A stretch of DNA of 64,000 nucleotides. It comes from an uncultured Candidatus Pelagibacter sp. (lineage in GTDB: Bacteria > Pseudomonadota > Alphaproteobacteria > Pelagibacterales > Pelagibacteraceae). This document shows, piece by piece, positions 9,834-20,214 of the stretch; position 1 is the first letter of the stretch; the number at the start of each line of letters is the position of its first letter. Under the pieces are notes generated by a model. That model saw nothing but the letters and a program-made list of their open reading frames with translations, was not told the DNA's origin and made no database searches. The DNA lies in contig CAJQSZ010000019.1 in the NCBI GenBank assembly GCA_905618805.1, positions 1,054-65,053 on the forward strand, read 5' to 3'. The translations under genes were made by a program, and so were the position numbers.

Positions 9834-10320
9834 TTCTACTTTTTGGGTAGCAGTATCATTTTTTATTTTTTTAGGTGGTTTAGTATATCTAAAAGTTCCT
9901 CATAAAATTAACGAAGTATTCAATAAACTCATCACAGATATTAAAAATGAAATTGATGAAAGTGAAAAATTAAGATTAGAAGCGAAAGTTTTATTAGATA
10001 AAGCACAAGACAAGTTAGATACTGCTCAGAATGTAGGCAATATTATTTTAGAGCAAGCAAAAAAGGATAGTAATCGCCTTGTGATAGAGATGAATGATAA
10101 ATTTCATAAATCTTCAGAAATTAAGAAAAAGTTAGCTGAAAATAAGATTCTTCAATTGAAGGATGCTGCTCTTAAAGAAATAAAAGATGTATCGGTTAAA
10201 ATTGCAGTAGAGTCAGTTAAAAAGATTATCAATACATCTGTGGACAAATCAAAACTAGACGTACTTTTTAATAAAAACCTAGAAGACACCAAGATTGCAC
10301 TAAAAAAAATTAATTCATAA
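9823..10320 (+). CDS. atpF: ATP synthase F0 subunit b
   Basis: TFWVAVSF TM anchor followed by coiled coil. Confidence 0.9.
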   Translation: MVINSTFWVAVSFFIFLGGLVYLKVPHKINEVFNKLITDIKNEIDESEKLRLEAKVLLDKAQDKLDTAQNVGNIILEQAKKDSNRLVIEMNDKFHKSSEIKKKLAENKILQLKDAALKEIKDVSVKIAVESVKKIINTSVDKSKLDVLFNKNLEDTKIALKKINS

Positions 10321-10359
10321 TTACCTTACATTTTTTTTTAAAAACTATAAATTAACTTA

Positions 10360-11817
10360 ATGAAATCTATTATCATCGGTTCTGGTTTTGGTGGTATAGC
10401 TGCTGCTCTAAGGTTAAGAGCAAAAGGTCATCATGTTATTTTAATTGAAAAACATCAAGATTTAGGAGGGAGAGCTAGAGTATTCAAAAAAAATGGTTTT
10501 ACTTTTGATGCTGGACCTACTGTAATAACAGCGCCTTATTTAATTAACGAACTATTTGAATTATTTAAAAAAAAACCTGAAAATTATATAAAGCTTAAAC
10601 CTCTTGAAACTTGGTATAGATTTATTTTTGAAGATGGTGAAAAATTTGATTATTCAGGAAATGAAGATCACATGAAAAAACAAATTGAAAAGATAAACAA
10701 GAATGATGTTAAGGGATATGAAAAACTTGTAAAATTTACAAAAAAAATATTTGATAAAGGATTCACTGAACTGGCAGATGTTCCTTTTGATAAACCTCTG
10801 GTGATGATGAAACAATTGCCCTCTTTACTAAAACTTAAAAGCTATAAATCAGTTTATTCATTAGTTTCTTCATATATAAAAAATGAAAAATTAAGACGTA
10901 TGCTAAGTATGCATCCTCTGTTAGTTGGCGGAAATCCTTTTACAACAACATCAATATACGGATTAATTCTATATCTTGAAAAAAAATGGGGCATTCATTA
11001 CTCAATGGGTGGAACTGGAAACATAATCAGTGGCTTGGAAAAATTAATGATTGAACAGGGAATTGAATTAATCAAAGGACATGAGGTAACAGAAATAATT
11101 TCAAATAATGGAAAAATTAGTGGGGTAAAATTAGACAATCAAAAAGAAATACTTTCAAATAACGTAATATGTAATGCCGACCCACCTGCTGTATATGAAA
11201 AACTTCTAAGTCTAAATAAAACAAGCTCTCTATTTAAATGGAAGCAGAATAGAATGCAGTATTCTATGGGTCTATTTGTTTACTATTTTGGAACAAAAAA
11301 AACATACCCAGATGTTGAACATCATACAATCAAATTTGGTGAAAAATATAAAGAACACCTGACTGACATTTTTGATAATAAAAAGTTAAATGATGACATA
11401 AGCTATTACCTTCATAGACCATCAGCTACAGATAAATCAATGGCACCTGAAGGTAATGATTGCTTTTATGTTCTTGTGCCTGTTCCAAACAATCAATCTA
11501 AAATTGATTGGAAAACTGAAGGTGAAAAAATGAAGAACTTAGTAATAGATAAAATGGAAAAAGTGTTATTACCTAATCTTAGAGAGAATATTATTGAAGA
11601 TTTCTATTTAACACCAGATTATTTTGAAAATGAATTAAATACTAAATTTGGATCAGGTTTTTCGATCCAGCCAAAATTTACTCAATCTGCATATTTTAGG
11701 TTTCATAATAAATCAGAAATTTATGATGGTTTGTATTTTGTTGGGGCAGGAACACATCCTGGTGCAGGTGTTCCCGGTGTGCTATCCTCAGCAAAAGTTC
11801 TAGATAAGATTATATAA
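10360..11817 (+). CDS. crtI: Phytoene desaturase
   Basis: IGSGFGG, GGRA, FDAGPTVIT, LYFVGAGTHPGAGVPGV. Confidence 0.96.
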   Translation: MKSIIIGSGFGGIAAALRLRAKGHHVILIEKHQDLGGRARVFKKNGFTFDAGPTVITAPYLINELFELFKKKPENYIKLKPLETWYRFIFEDGEKFDYSGNEDHMKKQIEKINKNDVKGYEKLVKFTKKIFDKGFTELADVPFDKPLVMMKQLPSLLKLKSYKSVYSLVSSYIKNEKLRRMLSMHPLLVGGNPFTTTSIYGLILYLEKKWGIHYSMGGTGNIISGLEKLMIEQGIELIKGHEVTEIISNNGKISGVKLDNQKEILSNNVICNADPPAVYEKLLSLNKTSSLFKWKQNRMQYSMGLFVYYFGTKKTYPDVEHHTIKFGEKYKEHLTDIFDNKKLNDDISYYLHRPSATDKSMAPEGNDCFYVLVPVPNNQSKIDWKTEGEKMKNLVIDKMEKVLLPNLRENIIEDFYLTPDYFENELNTKFGSGFSIQPKFTQSAYFRFHNKSEIYDGLYFVGAGTHPGAGVPGVLSSAKVLDKII

Positions 11818-12668
11818 TGTCTAATAAAAACTACCTGTCTATTTACGCAAAGTCATTTAATTGGGCTGGTTTCTTTTTACCAGAAAAAACCTATCAAAAG
11901 TGTTCCTCTTTATATGATTTTTGTAGAACTGTAGATAATATTGCAGATAACGATGGCGAATTAGAAGTTAAGAAAAAAAATCTATTAGTTTTTAAGAATG
12001 ATTTTCTTAATAAAAATTATAATAATATAATAATTAAAAATATGTGGGATCTTATGGATCATCATTTAATTTCAATAAAAATTATTAAAGACTTATTTGA
12101 TGGTGTTGAATCAGATTTAAGTAAAAAAGTTCAATTAAATAATAAAAAAGATTTGTTAATTTATTCTTACAGAGTTGCTGGTACAGTAGGCTTGATGATG
12201 GCAAAAATTTTAAAAGTTAAAGGTGACAATTCAATGAAAGCTGCCATAGATTTAGGCATTGCAATGCAACTAACAAATATAGCTAGGGATGTTATCGAAG
12301 ACTCGAAGATTAATAGATTTTATATTAAGAATGATTTTGAGACAATAAGCGACACCTTAGCTTTAGCTGATTTATTCTATAAAAGTTCTTTTATAGCAAT
12401 AAAGGAAATACCCTTTAAGTTTAGATTTGCAATACTTGTAGCAAGAAGGGTTTACAAAAACATAGGTGATAAAATTTTAAGAACAAAAAATATAGAGAAT
12501 TATAATAAAGCAGGTAAGATTTATGTAAATAATATTACAAAAATCTATCAGACCATTCTTTCTATATTTGACTTAGTAACACTTTTTGTAACAAAACAAA
12601 AAAGTGGTTATATGAATAATGAACACTTTTTAATTAGTGAGGAAATAGATTTAAATGAAAGAATTTGA
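11817..12668 (+). CDS. crtB: Phytoene synthase
   Basis: YDFCRTVDNIAD, YRVAGTVG, LGIAMQLTNIARDVIED. Confidence 0.93.
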   Translation: MSNKNYLSIYAKSFNWAGFFLPEKTYQKCSSLYDFCRTVDNIADNDGELEVKKKNLLVFKNDFLNKNYNNIIIKNMWDLMDHHLISIKIIKDLFDGVESDLSKKVQLNNKKDLLIYSYRVAGTVGLMMAKILKVKGDNSMKAAIDLGIAMQLTNIARDVIEDSKINRFYIKNDFETISDTLALADLFYKSSFIAIKEIPFKFRFAILVARRVYKNIGDKILRTKNIENYNKAGKIYVNNITKIYQTILSIFDLVTLFVTKQKSGYMNNEHFLISEEIDLNERI

Positions 12669-13725
12669 TTATATAATTATTGGTGGTGGTTGTGCTGGGT
12701 TATCTTTGGCATACGAATTAGAAACTCATAATAAACTCAAAAATAAAACATTAGCAATTATTGAGCCTAGATTAGAGTACAAAAGAGATAAGACTTGGTC
12801 TTTCTGGAAAACAACAAGTCATAATTTTGAAGATTGTGTTAAAAAAAGTTGGGATAATTTTTCTATAAATATACCCAATAAAACTAAATTTTTAGAATGT
12901 AATAAGCTGCCTTATCAATCAATTGATAGTGGACTATTCTATAAAAAAATAAACACCATACTGAAACAAAATCCGAATATTAAATTTTATAAAAATATTA
13001 ATGAGGTAAGCTTAAATAACTCGCTTGTTTTCAATAGTGTTCCTTCAATAGAGTCTAATGAAAATCAGCTTTGGCAACACTTTAAGGGTATTGAGATCGA
13101 GACTACCAAAGATGTTTTTGATGAAAAGATCATGAATTTAATGGACTTTGATTGTCAACAATATGAAAGTGTTCATTTCTTTTACACACTACCTTTTAGT
13201 AAAAATAAGGCTATGGTTGAAACTACGTGGTTATCTAAAATGAATAATGATCTAGAAGTGGATTATGATCAGCAATTAAAAAATTACATTGAAAATCATC
13301 TAAATATTAAAAATTATAAAATTAATTATAAAGAAAATGGTGCTATACCACTTTTTTATCCATCAAATATTAATGGGGAAAAAAAAATAAATATAGGTAC
13401 CGCAGGACATATGACTAGATTAAGTACTGGGTACACTTTTTTGAATATTCAAGAACATAGCAGATTCATAAGAGAAAATATTGATAATATTGATAAAATA
13501 AGAAGATATGAAATTAAAAAAAAATATCAATTTCTAGATAAAATATTTTTAAGAGTTTTAAATAATCATGCCAACCAAATGCCAAATATATTTTTCAAAA
13601 TGTTTGATAACTCTCCTGAAACTGTAATTAAATTTCTATCTAATAAGAGTAATATTTTCCAAGATTTATTAATAATTCTTAAAACAGCTAAAAAATGGTT
13701 ATTTATTAAAGCCCTTTTAAAATAA
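12655..13725 (+). CDS. crtY: Lycopene beta-cyclase
   Basis: IIGGGCAGLSLA, DKTWSFW, FFYTLP, STGYTF; within crt cluster. Confidence 0.88.
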   Translation: MKEFDYIIIGGGCAGLSLAYELETHNKLKNKTLAIIEPRLEYKRDKTWSFWKTTSHNFEDCVKKSWDNFSINIPNKTKFLECNKLPYQSIDSGLFYKKINTILKQNPNIKFYKNINEVSLNNSLVFNSVPSIESNENQLWQHFKGIEIETTKDVFDEKIMNLMDFDCQQYESVHFFYTLPFSKNKAMVETTWLSKMNNDLEVDYDQQLKNYIENHLNIKNYKINYKENGAIPLFYPSNINGEKKINIGTAGHMTRLSTGYTFLNIQEHSRFIRENIDNIDKIRRYEIKKKYQFLDKIFLRVLNNHANQMPNIFFKMFDNSPETVIKFLSNKSNIFQDLLIILKTAKKWLFIKALLK

Positions 13726-13726
13726 A

Positions 13727-14662
13727 ATGTATAGTCTGATAAATAAAATTAATTTCTATCATTCAATAATTTTTTTTCTTTTTTCATGCTTCATTGCTTT
13801 GGCTGTTAATCAATTCGAAAACTTAATCATCTCTCCAGTGGTATGTTTATTTCTTATTCTTACAATTGGCGTTTCACATGGTGCGCTAGACGATCAAAAA
13901 GGTAAAAAACTTAGCCAATTATATAATGTAAAAAAATCTTATTTTTTTTATTTAATATATTCTCTTATCGGTATTAGCATCATTATATTTTGGATACTTT
14001 TTCCAACAGTATCTCTTATTTTATTTTTAGTTGTTGCCTCATATCATTTTGGTAAAGAAGATACAGAATTTTTGATAAATAATAAAAATGTATCAAATCT
14101 AATTCTTTATTTCTTAAAAGGATCTCTAATAATCATTGCGCCATTAATATTTCACTTCATTGAAACTGTTAATATTTTTAAATTACTTTTAATAGAAAAT
14201 GAAAATTTTTATTTATTCTTAAACTTTATTGAAAATAACAGTATATTACTTTTTGCTTTATCTATTTCTTTACTATCTAGTATTTATTACTTTTTGAAAG
14301 ATTTTAAAATTATAAACATTTTGATATTTTTAGATTTTTTTTCAATTATTGTTCTGAATTATTTTTTAACTCCACTAATTGCCTTTACAATTTACTTTTG
14401 CTTCCTACATTCATTCCGACATACAATTTCACTGATAACAGAACTTAATGAAAATAGTTTTATAATTGGTGCTATAACTTTTATAAAAAAAGCTATGCCA
14501 CTTACAGTTTTAACTGCTATTTTTTATGTTATAAGCTTATATTTCCTCTCTAATTTCTACCAATTAAATGATGCAATATTAAAAGTTATATTTATTGGTT
14601 TGGCGTCTTTAACCTTTCCCCATATATTGCTTGGATATCTTTTGGAAAAAAATGAAAAATAA
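13727..14662 (+). CDS. blh: Beta-carotene 15,15'-dioxygenase (Brp/Blh family)
   Basis: Multi-TM protein with GVSHGALD, YHFG, YFCFLHSFRH, LTFPH conserved His motifs. Confidence 0.93.
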   Translation: MYSLINKINFYHSIIFFLFSCFIALAVNQFENLIISPVVCLFLILTIGVSHGALDDQKGKKLSQLYNVKKSYFFYLIYSLIGISIIIFWILFPTVSLILFLVVASYHFGKEDTEFLINNKNVSNLILYFLKGSLIIIAPLIFHFIETVNIFKLLLIENENFYLFLNFIENNSILLFALSISLLSSIYYFLKDFKIINILIFLDFFSIIVLNYFLTPLIAFTIYFCFLHSFRHTISLITELNENSFIIGAITFIKKAMPLTVLTAIFYVISLYFLSNFYQLNDAILKVIFIGLASLTFPHILLGYLLEKNEK

Positions 14663-15596
14663 AGAATTGAAAATATTACTTTCTGCACCTCGCGGTTTTT
14701 GCGCTGGCGTAGAAAGAGCTATAGAAATAGTTAAAAAAAGTCTTAAAAAATATGGTGCACCTGTTTATGTGCGTCATGAAATAGTACATAATAAGCATGT
14801 AGTAGATAACCTTAAAAATTTAGGTGCTATTTTTGTTGAAGAGTTGAGTGAGATTAAAGACAAAAGTAGACCTGTAATTTTTTCAGCGCACGGTGTGCCT
14901 AAAGCAATACCAATAGAGGCAGATAGCTATAAAATGGAATATATAGACGCTACATGTCCTCTTGTATCAAAAGTACATAGAGAGGCTGAGAGCTTGCACA
15001 AAGCAGGCTACCACATAGTTCTTATAGGGCATAATAATCATCCAGAAGTTATTGGTACCATGGGTCAATTGCCACATGGTTCTATAGATTTAATTCAAGA
15101 TGAGTTTGATGTTGAGACGTACGAGCTAGATCTAAATAAGAAAATTGCCTACGTTACTCAAACAACCCTATCCGTTGATGATACAAAAAATATAATAAAG
15201 GCACTTAAAAAAAAATTTCCTTTAATACGAGAGCCCTTTAAAGAGGATATTTGCTACGCAACTACTAATCGTCAGTCTGCAGTCAAAAATATTGCAAAAA
15301 ATTGTGATATGTTTTTTGTTTTAGGAAGTCGAAATTCATCAAATTCAGTAAGATTAGTTGAGGTTGCTGAACAGTCAGGTTGCCCTCATGCAGAACTAAT
15401 ACATTCTGAAAGTTTAATACCTTTTGAAAAATTACAAAGTTGTAAAGTAATTGGTATATCTTCCGGAGCATCTGCACCAGAAATTTTAGTTGAAAATTTT
15501 ATTAATAAACTTAAAGAAAAATTCAATATAAAAATTGAGGAGGTGGAAATTATAAAAGAAGATATTGTTTTTAAAGTTCCAGCAAAATTAAATTAG
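14652..15596 (+). CDS. ispH: 4-hydroxy-3-methylbut-2-enyl diphosphate reductase
   Basis: PRGFCAGV, IVHN, SAHG, DATCPLV, ICYATTNRQ, SSNS. Confidence 0.97.
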   Translation: MKNKELKILLSAPRGFCAGVERAIEIVKKSLKKYGAPVYVRHEIVHNKHVVDNLKNLGAIFVEELSEIKDKSRPVIFSAHGVPKAIPIEADSYKMEYIDATCPLVSKVHREAESLHKAGYHIVLIGHNNHPEVIGTMGQLPHGSIDLIQDEFDVETYELDLNKKIAYVTQTTLSVDDTKNIIKALKKKFPLIREPFKEDICYATTNRQSAVKNIAKNCDMFFVLGSRNSSNSVRLVEVAEQSGCPHAELIHSESLIPFEKLQSCKVIGISSGASAPEILVENFINKLKEKFNIKIEEVEIIKEDIVFKVPAKLN

Positions 15597-16565
15597 ATGG
15601 CTGTTTATACAAAAATAACTAATAAAGAAATTATATCAATAAGTGATATGTACTGTCTTGGTAAAGTGGTCAAATTTAAAGGTATTAAAAAAGGAATAGA
15701 AAACACAAATTACTTATTAAAAACTGATAAAAAAAAACTTATCTTAACAATTTTTGAAAAAAGGGTTCAAAAAAAAGACCTACCCTTTTTTATGAATCTA
15801 ATGAATAAATTAAATAAAAAAAATATCGTTTGTCCAAAGCCTTTAAAAAATAAGAAAGGACAATACTTAAGCAAGATTAAGGGTAAATCAGCATGTATTG
15901 TAAGTTTTATTGAGGGTAAGGATAAAATTAAGCTTAACAGTAAAAACTGTTTTGAAATAGGAAAAAATATTGCGAAGTTTCACAAGGCTTCCAATAAAAT
16001 AAAATTATATAGACGCAACTCTATGTCTGTTACCCAGTTAGACTTCTTATTAAAAAATATAAATATTAAATCTTCAAAATTAGGATCTGAGATTCTACCC
16101 GCTCTTTATAAAAACTTAAAAGATATTAAAAGAGAATGGCCAAAAAATCTACCTAGTGGAATTATTCATGGTGATTTATTCATAGATAATATTTTTTTTA
16201 ATAAAAATAATTTTTCTGGATTTATTGATTTTTATTTTTCATGTAATGATTTCCTAATGTATGAAATCGCAATCTGTATAAATGCTTTGTGCTTTGATAG
16301 AAAAAATAATAAATTTATTATAAATCATAAAAAAATTAAGAATCTAATAGATGGATATGAAACTATTAGAGTATTTTCAAAAAAAGAAAGAGACTCGTTA
16401 AATGTATTGTGTAGAGGTGCTGCTTTAAGGTATCTTTTGACTAGAATTTACGATTATTTCAATACATCAAAAAGTGCTTTAATTAAGATAAAGGATCCAA
16501 AAGAATATTTACAAAAATTGATAATTCACAACAATCTTAATAATTACAAAAATTATTACAATTAA
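15597..16565 (+). CDS. thrB: Homoserine kinase type II
   Basis: MAVYT start, GIENTNY, IHGDLFIDN, IDFYF; ispH-thrB-rnhA synteny. Confidence 0.93.
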   Translation: MAVYTKITNKEIISISDMYCLGKVVKFKGIKKGIENTNYLLKTDKKKLILTIFEKRVQKKDLPFFMNLMNKLNKKNIVCPKPLKNKKGQYLSKIKGKSACIVSFIEGKDKIKLNSKNCFEIGKNIAKFHKASNKIKLYRRNSMSVTQLDFLLKNINIKSSKLGSEILPALYKNLKDIKREWPKNLPSGIIHGDLFIDNIFFNKNNFSGFIDFYFSCNDFLMYEIAICINALCFDRKNNKFIINHKKIKNLIDGYETIRVFSKKERDSLNVLCRGAALRYLLTRIYDYFNTSKSALIKIKDPKEYLQKLIIHNNLNNYKNYYN

Positions 16566-16990
16566 TGATCAAAATTTATACAGATGGATCATGCCTGAAT
16601 AACCCAGGCAATGGTGGATGGGCTGCAATTATAAATATTAATGGAGAGGTAAAAAAAATTAGTGGAAGCGTAAAGGATACAACTAACAACAAAATGGAGT
16701 TAATGGCTCCTATTAAAGCGCTTCAAGAAATAAAAGAAATTGAACAAATAGAGATCTATACAGATTCTCAATATGTCAGATTGGGGATTACTGATTGGGT
16801 TCATAAATGGATAAAAAATAATTGGCAAACCTCAAAGAAAGAACCGGTAAAAAATAAAGAACTATGGGTTCAATTACATAAATTAAATAATTCTTATAAT
16901 GTTAAATGGATCTGGGTTAAGGCCCATGCAGGAGACATCTTAAATGAAGAAGTTGATTTACTAGCTAAACAAGCAGCAGAATCAAACTAA
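16565..16990 (+). CDS. rnhA: Ribonuclease HI
   Basis: YTDGSC.NNPG.GGW, TTNNKMEL, TDSQY, WVKAHAG. Confidence 0.96.
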   Translation: MIKIYTDGSCLNNPGNGGWAAIININGEVKKISGSVKDTTNNKMELMAPIKALQEIKEIEQIEIYTDSQYVRLGITDWVHKWIKNNWQTSKKEPVKNKELWVQLHKLNNSYNVKWIWVKAHAGDILNEEVDLLAKQAAESN

Positions 16991-17467
16991 AATTAAAAAA
17001 TTTTGTGCAGCTGAAATTTCGCATGAACCAGCATCTACCTCTTCTTGTAACTTAATTACCTTAAGATCATCAATCAGCATAGAGTATCTATTTGATCTAA
17101 TACCTAAACCTCTGGCACTTTTATCAATATCCGCACCTATTAATTTAGTAAATTCTAAAAGAGGGTCTGCCATCATTATAATCTTATTTCCAACGCTATG
17201 GTTCTTTCCCCATGCATCCATTACAAATGGATCATTTACAGAGATGCATACTATGAGGTCTATGCCTTTTGCCATGTATTTTTCATAATTATCAACATAG
17301 CCAGGTAAATGTTTAGCTGAACAAACCGATGTGTAGGCACCTGGTAAACCAAATAAAACAGCTTTCTTATTTTTAAAGAACGTTAAAGTATTTTTTTTTA
17401 TTGGATTTCCATCTTCCATAATAAAAAACTCAGAATTGGGTATGTTGTCATTTTCTTTTAATTTCAT
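16982..17467 (-). CDS. Peroxiredoxin (Prx5 family)
   Basis: LPGAYTSVCSAKHLPGY, SVNDPFVMDAW, RSNRY. Confidence 0.92.
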   Translation of the reverse strand: MKLKENDNIPNSEFFIMEDGNPIKKNTLTFFKNKKAVLFGLPGAYTSVCSAKHLPGYVDNYEKYMAKGIDLIVCISVNDPFVMDAWGKNHSVGNKIIMMADPLLEFTKLIGADIDKSARGLGIRSNRYSMLIDDLKVIKLQEEVDAGSCEISAAQNFLILV

Positions 17468-18843
17468 TGTATTTTTTCCTTAATATATTTTTCGGTTTTA
17501 CTTAAACTATTTGATATAATATCATAATTTTCTTTTTCATCCATTACATACTTTAGTTCATCTGGTAGATCTGGTTTTAAACCAATTGATTTATTTATAG
17601 CATCAGGAAATTTACATGGATGTGCTGTTGCTAAAACAACATTGTTACCTTCTATATTTACTTTATTTAAAGCTCCAAAGCCTATCGCGCTATGGGGGTC
17701 CAATACAATAGCATATTTAGTATAAACTTTATTAATAGTATCTAAAACTTCTTTTTCATTCATGCTTGCTGATAAAAAATCTTTATCTAATTTTTTCATT
17801 TTATTTTTTGGAATAATATATTTGCCTTCTTCTTTAATTTCAGTCATTATTTTTTGAGTTTCATTGTCATCACAATCATTCAAATCATAGACCAGTCTTT
17901 CAAAATTGCTGGCAATTTGAATATCCATACTTGGTGAGTTTGTTTCAAAAACACTATCAGCTTCATATTTTCCATTTGAAATCGCTCTATGTAAGATATC
18001 ATTTTGATTTGTAGCAACTATAAGCTTGTTTATTGGTAAACCCATTTTTTTTGCTACATAACCAGCGTACACATCTCCAAAATTTCCTGTTGGTACTGAA
18101 AAATTAACTGGTCTACCGTCTCGAATTTTGAAATATGTATAAAAATAATAAACAACTTGTGCAATAATTCTTGCCCAATTTATAGAATTTACTCCTGACA
18201 TGTTAATTGAGCTAGAGAATTCTTTATCTGCAAACATTGATTTAACTAAATTTTGACAATCATCAAAGTTACCTTCTATCGCAATATTAAAGACATTTTT
18301 TTCTTTAACAGTGGACATTAGTTTTCTTTGAACAAGTGAAACTTTTTTGTGAGGATGAAGAACAAATATATTCATATTCTTTTTTCCTTTTATTGCATCT
18401 ATTGCAGCAGCACCTGTGTCCCCTGATGTTGCAACAATAATATTTATATTTTTTTTGTTTTTTTTTAAGTAATATTCATAAAAATTTCCCAATAACTGCA
18501 TTGCAATATCTTTAAAAGCAAGTGTTGGGCCGTGGAATAACTCTAAAAGTTTAGTGTCACCTACTTTAATTAAATCTATAGCATTACTTTTTCTAAACAC
18601 AGAATATGACTTATCAACAATATCTGACAATTCATTTACTGTCATAAAATCACCAATAAATGGATAAATTATTTTTTTTGCCAAATCTTGGTAACTTAAA
18701 TTATTTAATAATTCTAGCTCTTCATTACTATATTTTTTAACTTCCCTAGGAATAAACAGACCCCCATCATCTGCTAGTCCTTTGATAAAAACTTCCTCAA
18801 AACTATATTCTTTTGAATTATTTCTGGTGCTTATGTATTTCAT
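17464..18843 (-). CDS. thrC: Threonine synthase
   Basis: MKYISTR, ELFHGPTLAFKD, ATSGDTG, NSINWAR, VPTGNFG. Confidence 0.97.
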   Translation of the reverse strand: MKYISTRNNSKEYSFEEVFIKGLADDGGLFIPREVKKYSNEELELLNNLSYQDLAKKIIYPFIGDFMTVNELSDIVDKSYSVFRKSNAIDLIKVGDTKLLELFHGPTLAFKDIAMQLLGNFYEYYLKKNKKNINIIVATSGDTGAAAIDAIKGKKNMNIFVLHPHKKVSLVQRKLMSTVKEKNVFNIAIEGNFDDCQNLVKSMFADKEFSSSINMSGVNSINWARIIAQVVYYFYTYFKIRDGRPVNFSVPTGNFGDVYAGYVAKKMGLPINKLIVATNQNDILHRAISNGKYEADSVFETNSPSMDIQIASNFERLVYDLNDCDDNETQKIMTEIKEEGKYIIPKNKMKKLDKDFLSASMNEKEVLDTINKVYTKYAIVLDPHSAIGFGALNKVNIEGNNVVLATAHPCKFPDAINKSIGLKPDLPDELKYVMDEKENYDIISNSLSKTEKYIKEKIQ

Positions 18844-18916
18844 TTAATAATTTTTTTCTAAAATACAAATATATTAATTGTAAAAAAATGGCTAATAAAA
18901 ATACCCCTAAAAACAT
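18844..18916 (-). pseudogene. Probable relic of a surf1 3' end (or a 32-aa small ORF, 18818-18916)
   Basis: Translates FLLAIFLQLIYLYFRKK and aligns with the SURF1 C-terminus FSLALSIFLFYLYVRKN (25856-25915); abuts the thrC ATG. Confidence 0.55.
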
Positions 18917-19013
18917 AAACTAGTTAAGAATATAATTTCACATAATAACTTATTATCTTTTAACTTGAGATTTAATTATATACCATTTAAAATTAAAGAT
19001 ATAGGGGGGTAAA

Positions 19014-19259
19014 TTGAGTACAATTGGACTAGTTACAATGTATCTAATTATTCAGTTAGTGGTATTTTTTTCTATATTGCCAATTGATGTTAATCGAAAA
19101 AGAAAATTTTTAATCCCAGCAAATGAGGTTGGTGCACCTGAAAACCCTAAAATACTTAAGAAGGCTTTTTATTCCATTGGTATTACAACTATTATTTTTT
19201 CAATAATTTGTTTATTAATAAAATATGAATATTTAAATCTAAGAGATTTAATTAATTAA
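19014..19259 (+). CDS. DUF1467-like small membrane protein (possibly degenerate)
   Basis: Two TMs, FSILP and GAPENPKILKK motifs; TTG start after a G-rich RBS. Confidence 0.6.
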   Translation: MSTIGLVTMYLIIQLVVFFSILPIDVNRKRKFLIPANEVGAPENPKILKKAFYSIGITTIIFSIICLLIKYEYLNLRDLIN

Positions 19260-19292
19260 AATACTCTATCGCAAAATTGTGAGCCACATTAT

Positions 19293-20192
19293 TTAAATAA
19301 TGCTATCTACTAGAAATAGTACAAAAATTAAAAATAAATACAAAATTGAATAACCAAAAACTTTTTTGGCTTTCCTTAAGTCAAATCTATTTTTTTTATA
19401 TCTATAGAGATCGTAGCAAATAATATTATAATAAATTGTAAGGATTAAAGCTGGAGCTAGATAAATTAAGCCTGAAAAACTAATCAAATATGGAAAAATG
19501 ATAACAGGTAACATTAATAAAGAATAAATAAAAATATACACTTTTGTTTTTTCTATACCATCTGTTAAGGGTAGCATTGGGATCTTAGCTTTCTTGTAGT
19601 CATCTGCTTTATATAAACTTAAAGCCCAAAAATGAGATGGGGTCCAAAAGAAAATTATTAAAAATAAACTTAATGGCTCTAAACTTATTGTATTTGTGGC
19701 TATAGTCCATCCTATAACGGGCGGTAATGCACCAGCGGCCCCACCTATAACAATATTTTGAGGTGTTTTTCTTTTTAACCATATTGTGTAAATAAAAAGA
19801 TAAAAAAATATTGTAAATAATAGCAATGATGCGGATAAAAAATTTGTAAAATAATTTAATGCTCCAACAGAAATAACCGACAGCATTACGCCAAAAGTAA
19901 GAGCTTGTTTTCTATTAATTTTTCCAGTTGGAATTGGCCTTAAGCATGTTCTTGCCATTAATGCATCTAAATCTGACTCATACCACATGTTTAGACATCC
20001 AGCTCCTCCAGCTCCTAAGGCGACCAAAAAAATACCTATCACTGCATCACTAGTATTTATATTCGAATTAGAGGTTAAAAGACCAACCGCACATGTAAAT
20101 ATGACAAGAGACATAACTCTTGGCTTCATTAGCAAATATAAAGATTTAATATGAATATTAATATCTATAGGGATAATTTTTTTTGTAATCAT
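19293..20192 (-). CDS. ctaB: Protoheme IX farnesyltransferase (heme O synthase)
   Basis: LMKPRVMSLV, D.DALMART..RPIP.G, LKRKTPQNIVIGGAAGA.PP, WTPSHFWAL. Confidence 0.96.
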   Translation of the reverse strand: MITKKIIPIDINIHIKSLYLLMKPRVMSLVIFTCAVGLLTSNSNINTSDAVIGIFLVALGAGGAGCLNMWYESDLDALMARTCLRPIPTGKINRKQALTFGVMLSVISVGALNYFTNFLSASLLLFTIFFYLFIYTIWLKRKTPQNIVIGGAAGALPPVIGWTIATNTISLEPLSLFLIIFFWTPSHFWALSLYKADDYKKAKIPMLPLTDGIEKTKVYIFIYSLLMLPVIIFPYLISFSGLIYLAPALILTIYYNIICYDLYRYKKNRFDLRKAKKVFGYSILYLFLIFVLFLVDSII

Positions 20193-20214
20193 GTTGGATA
20201 AATTTACTCTACAC

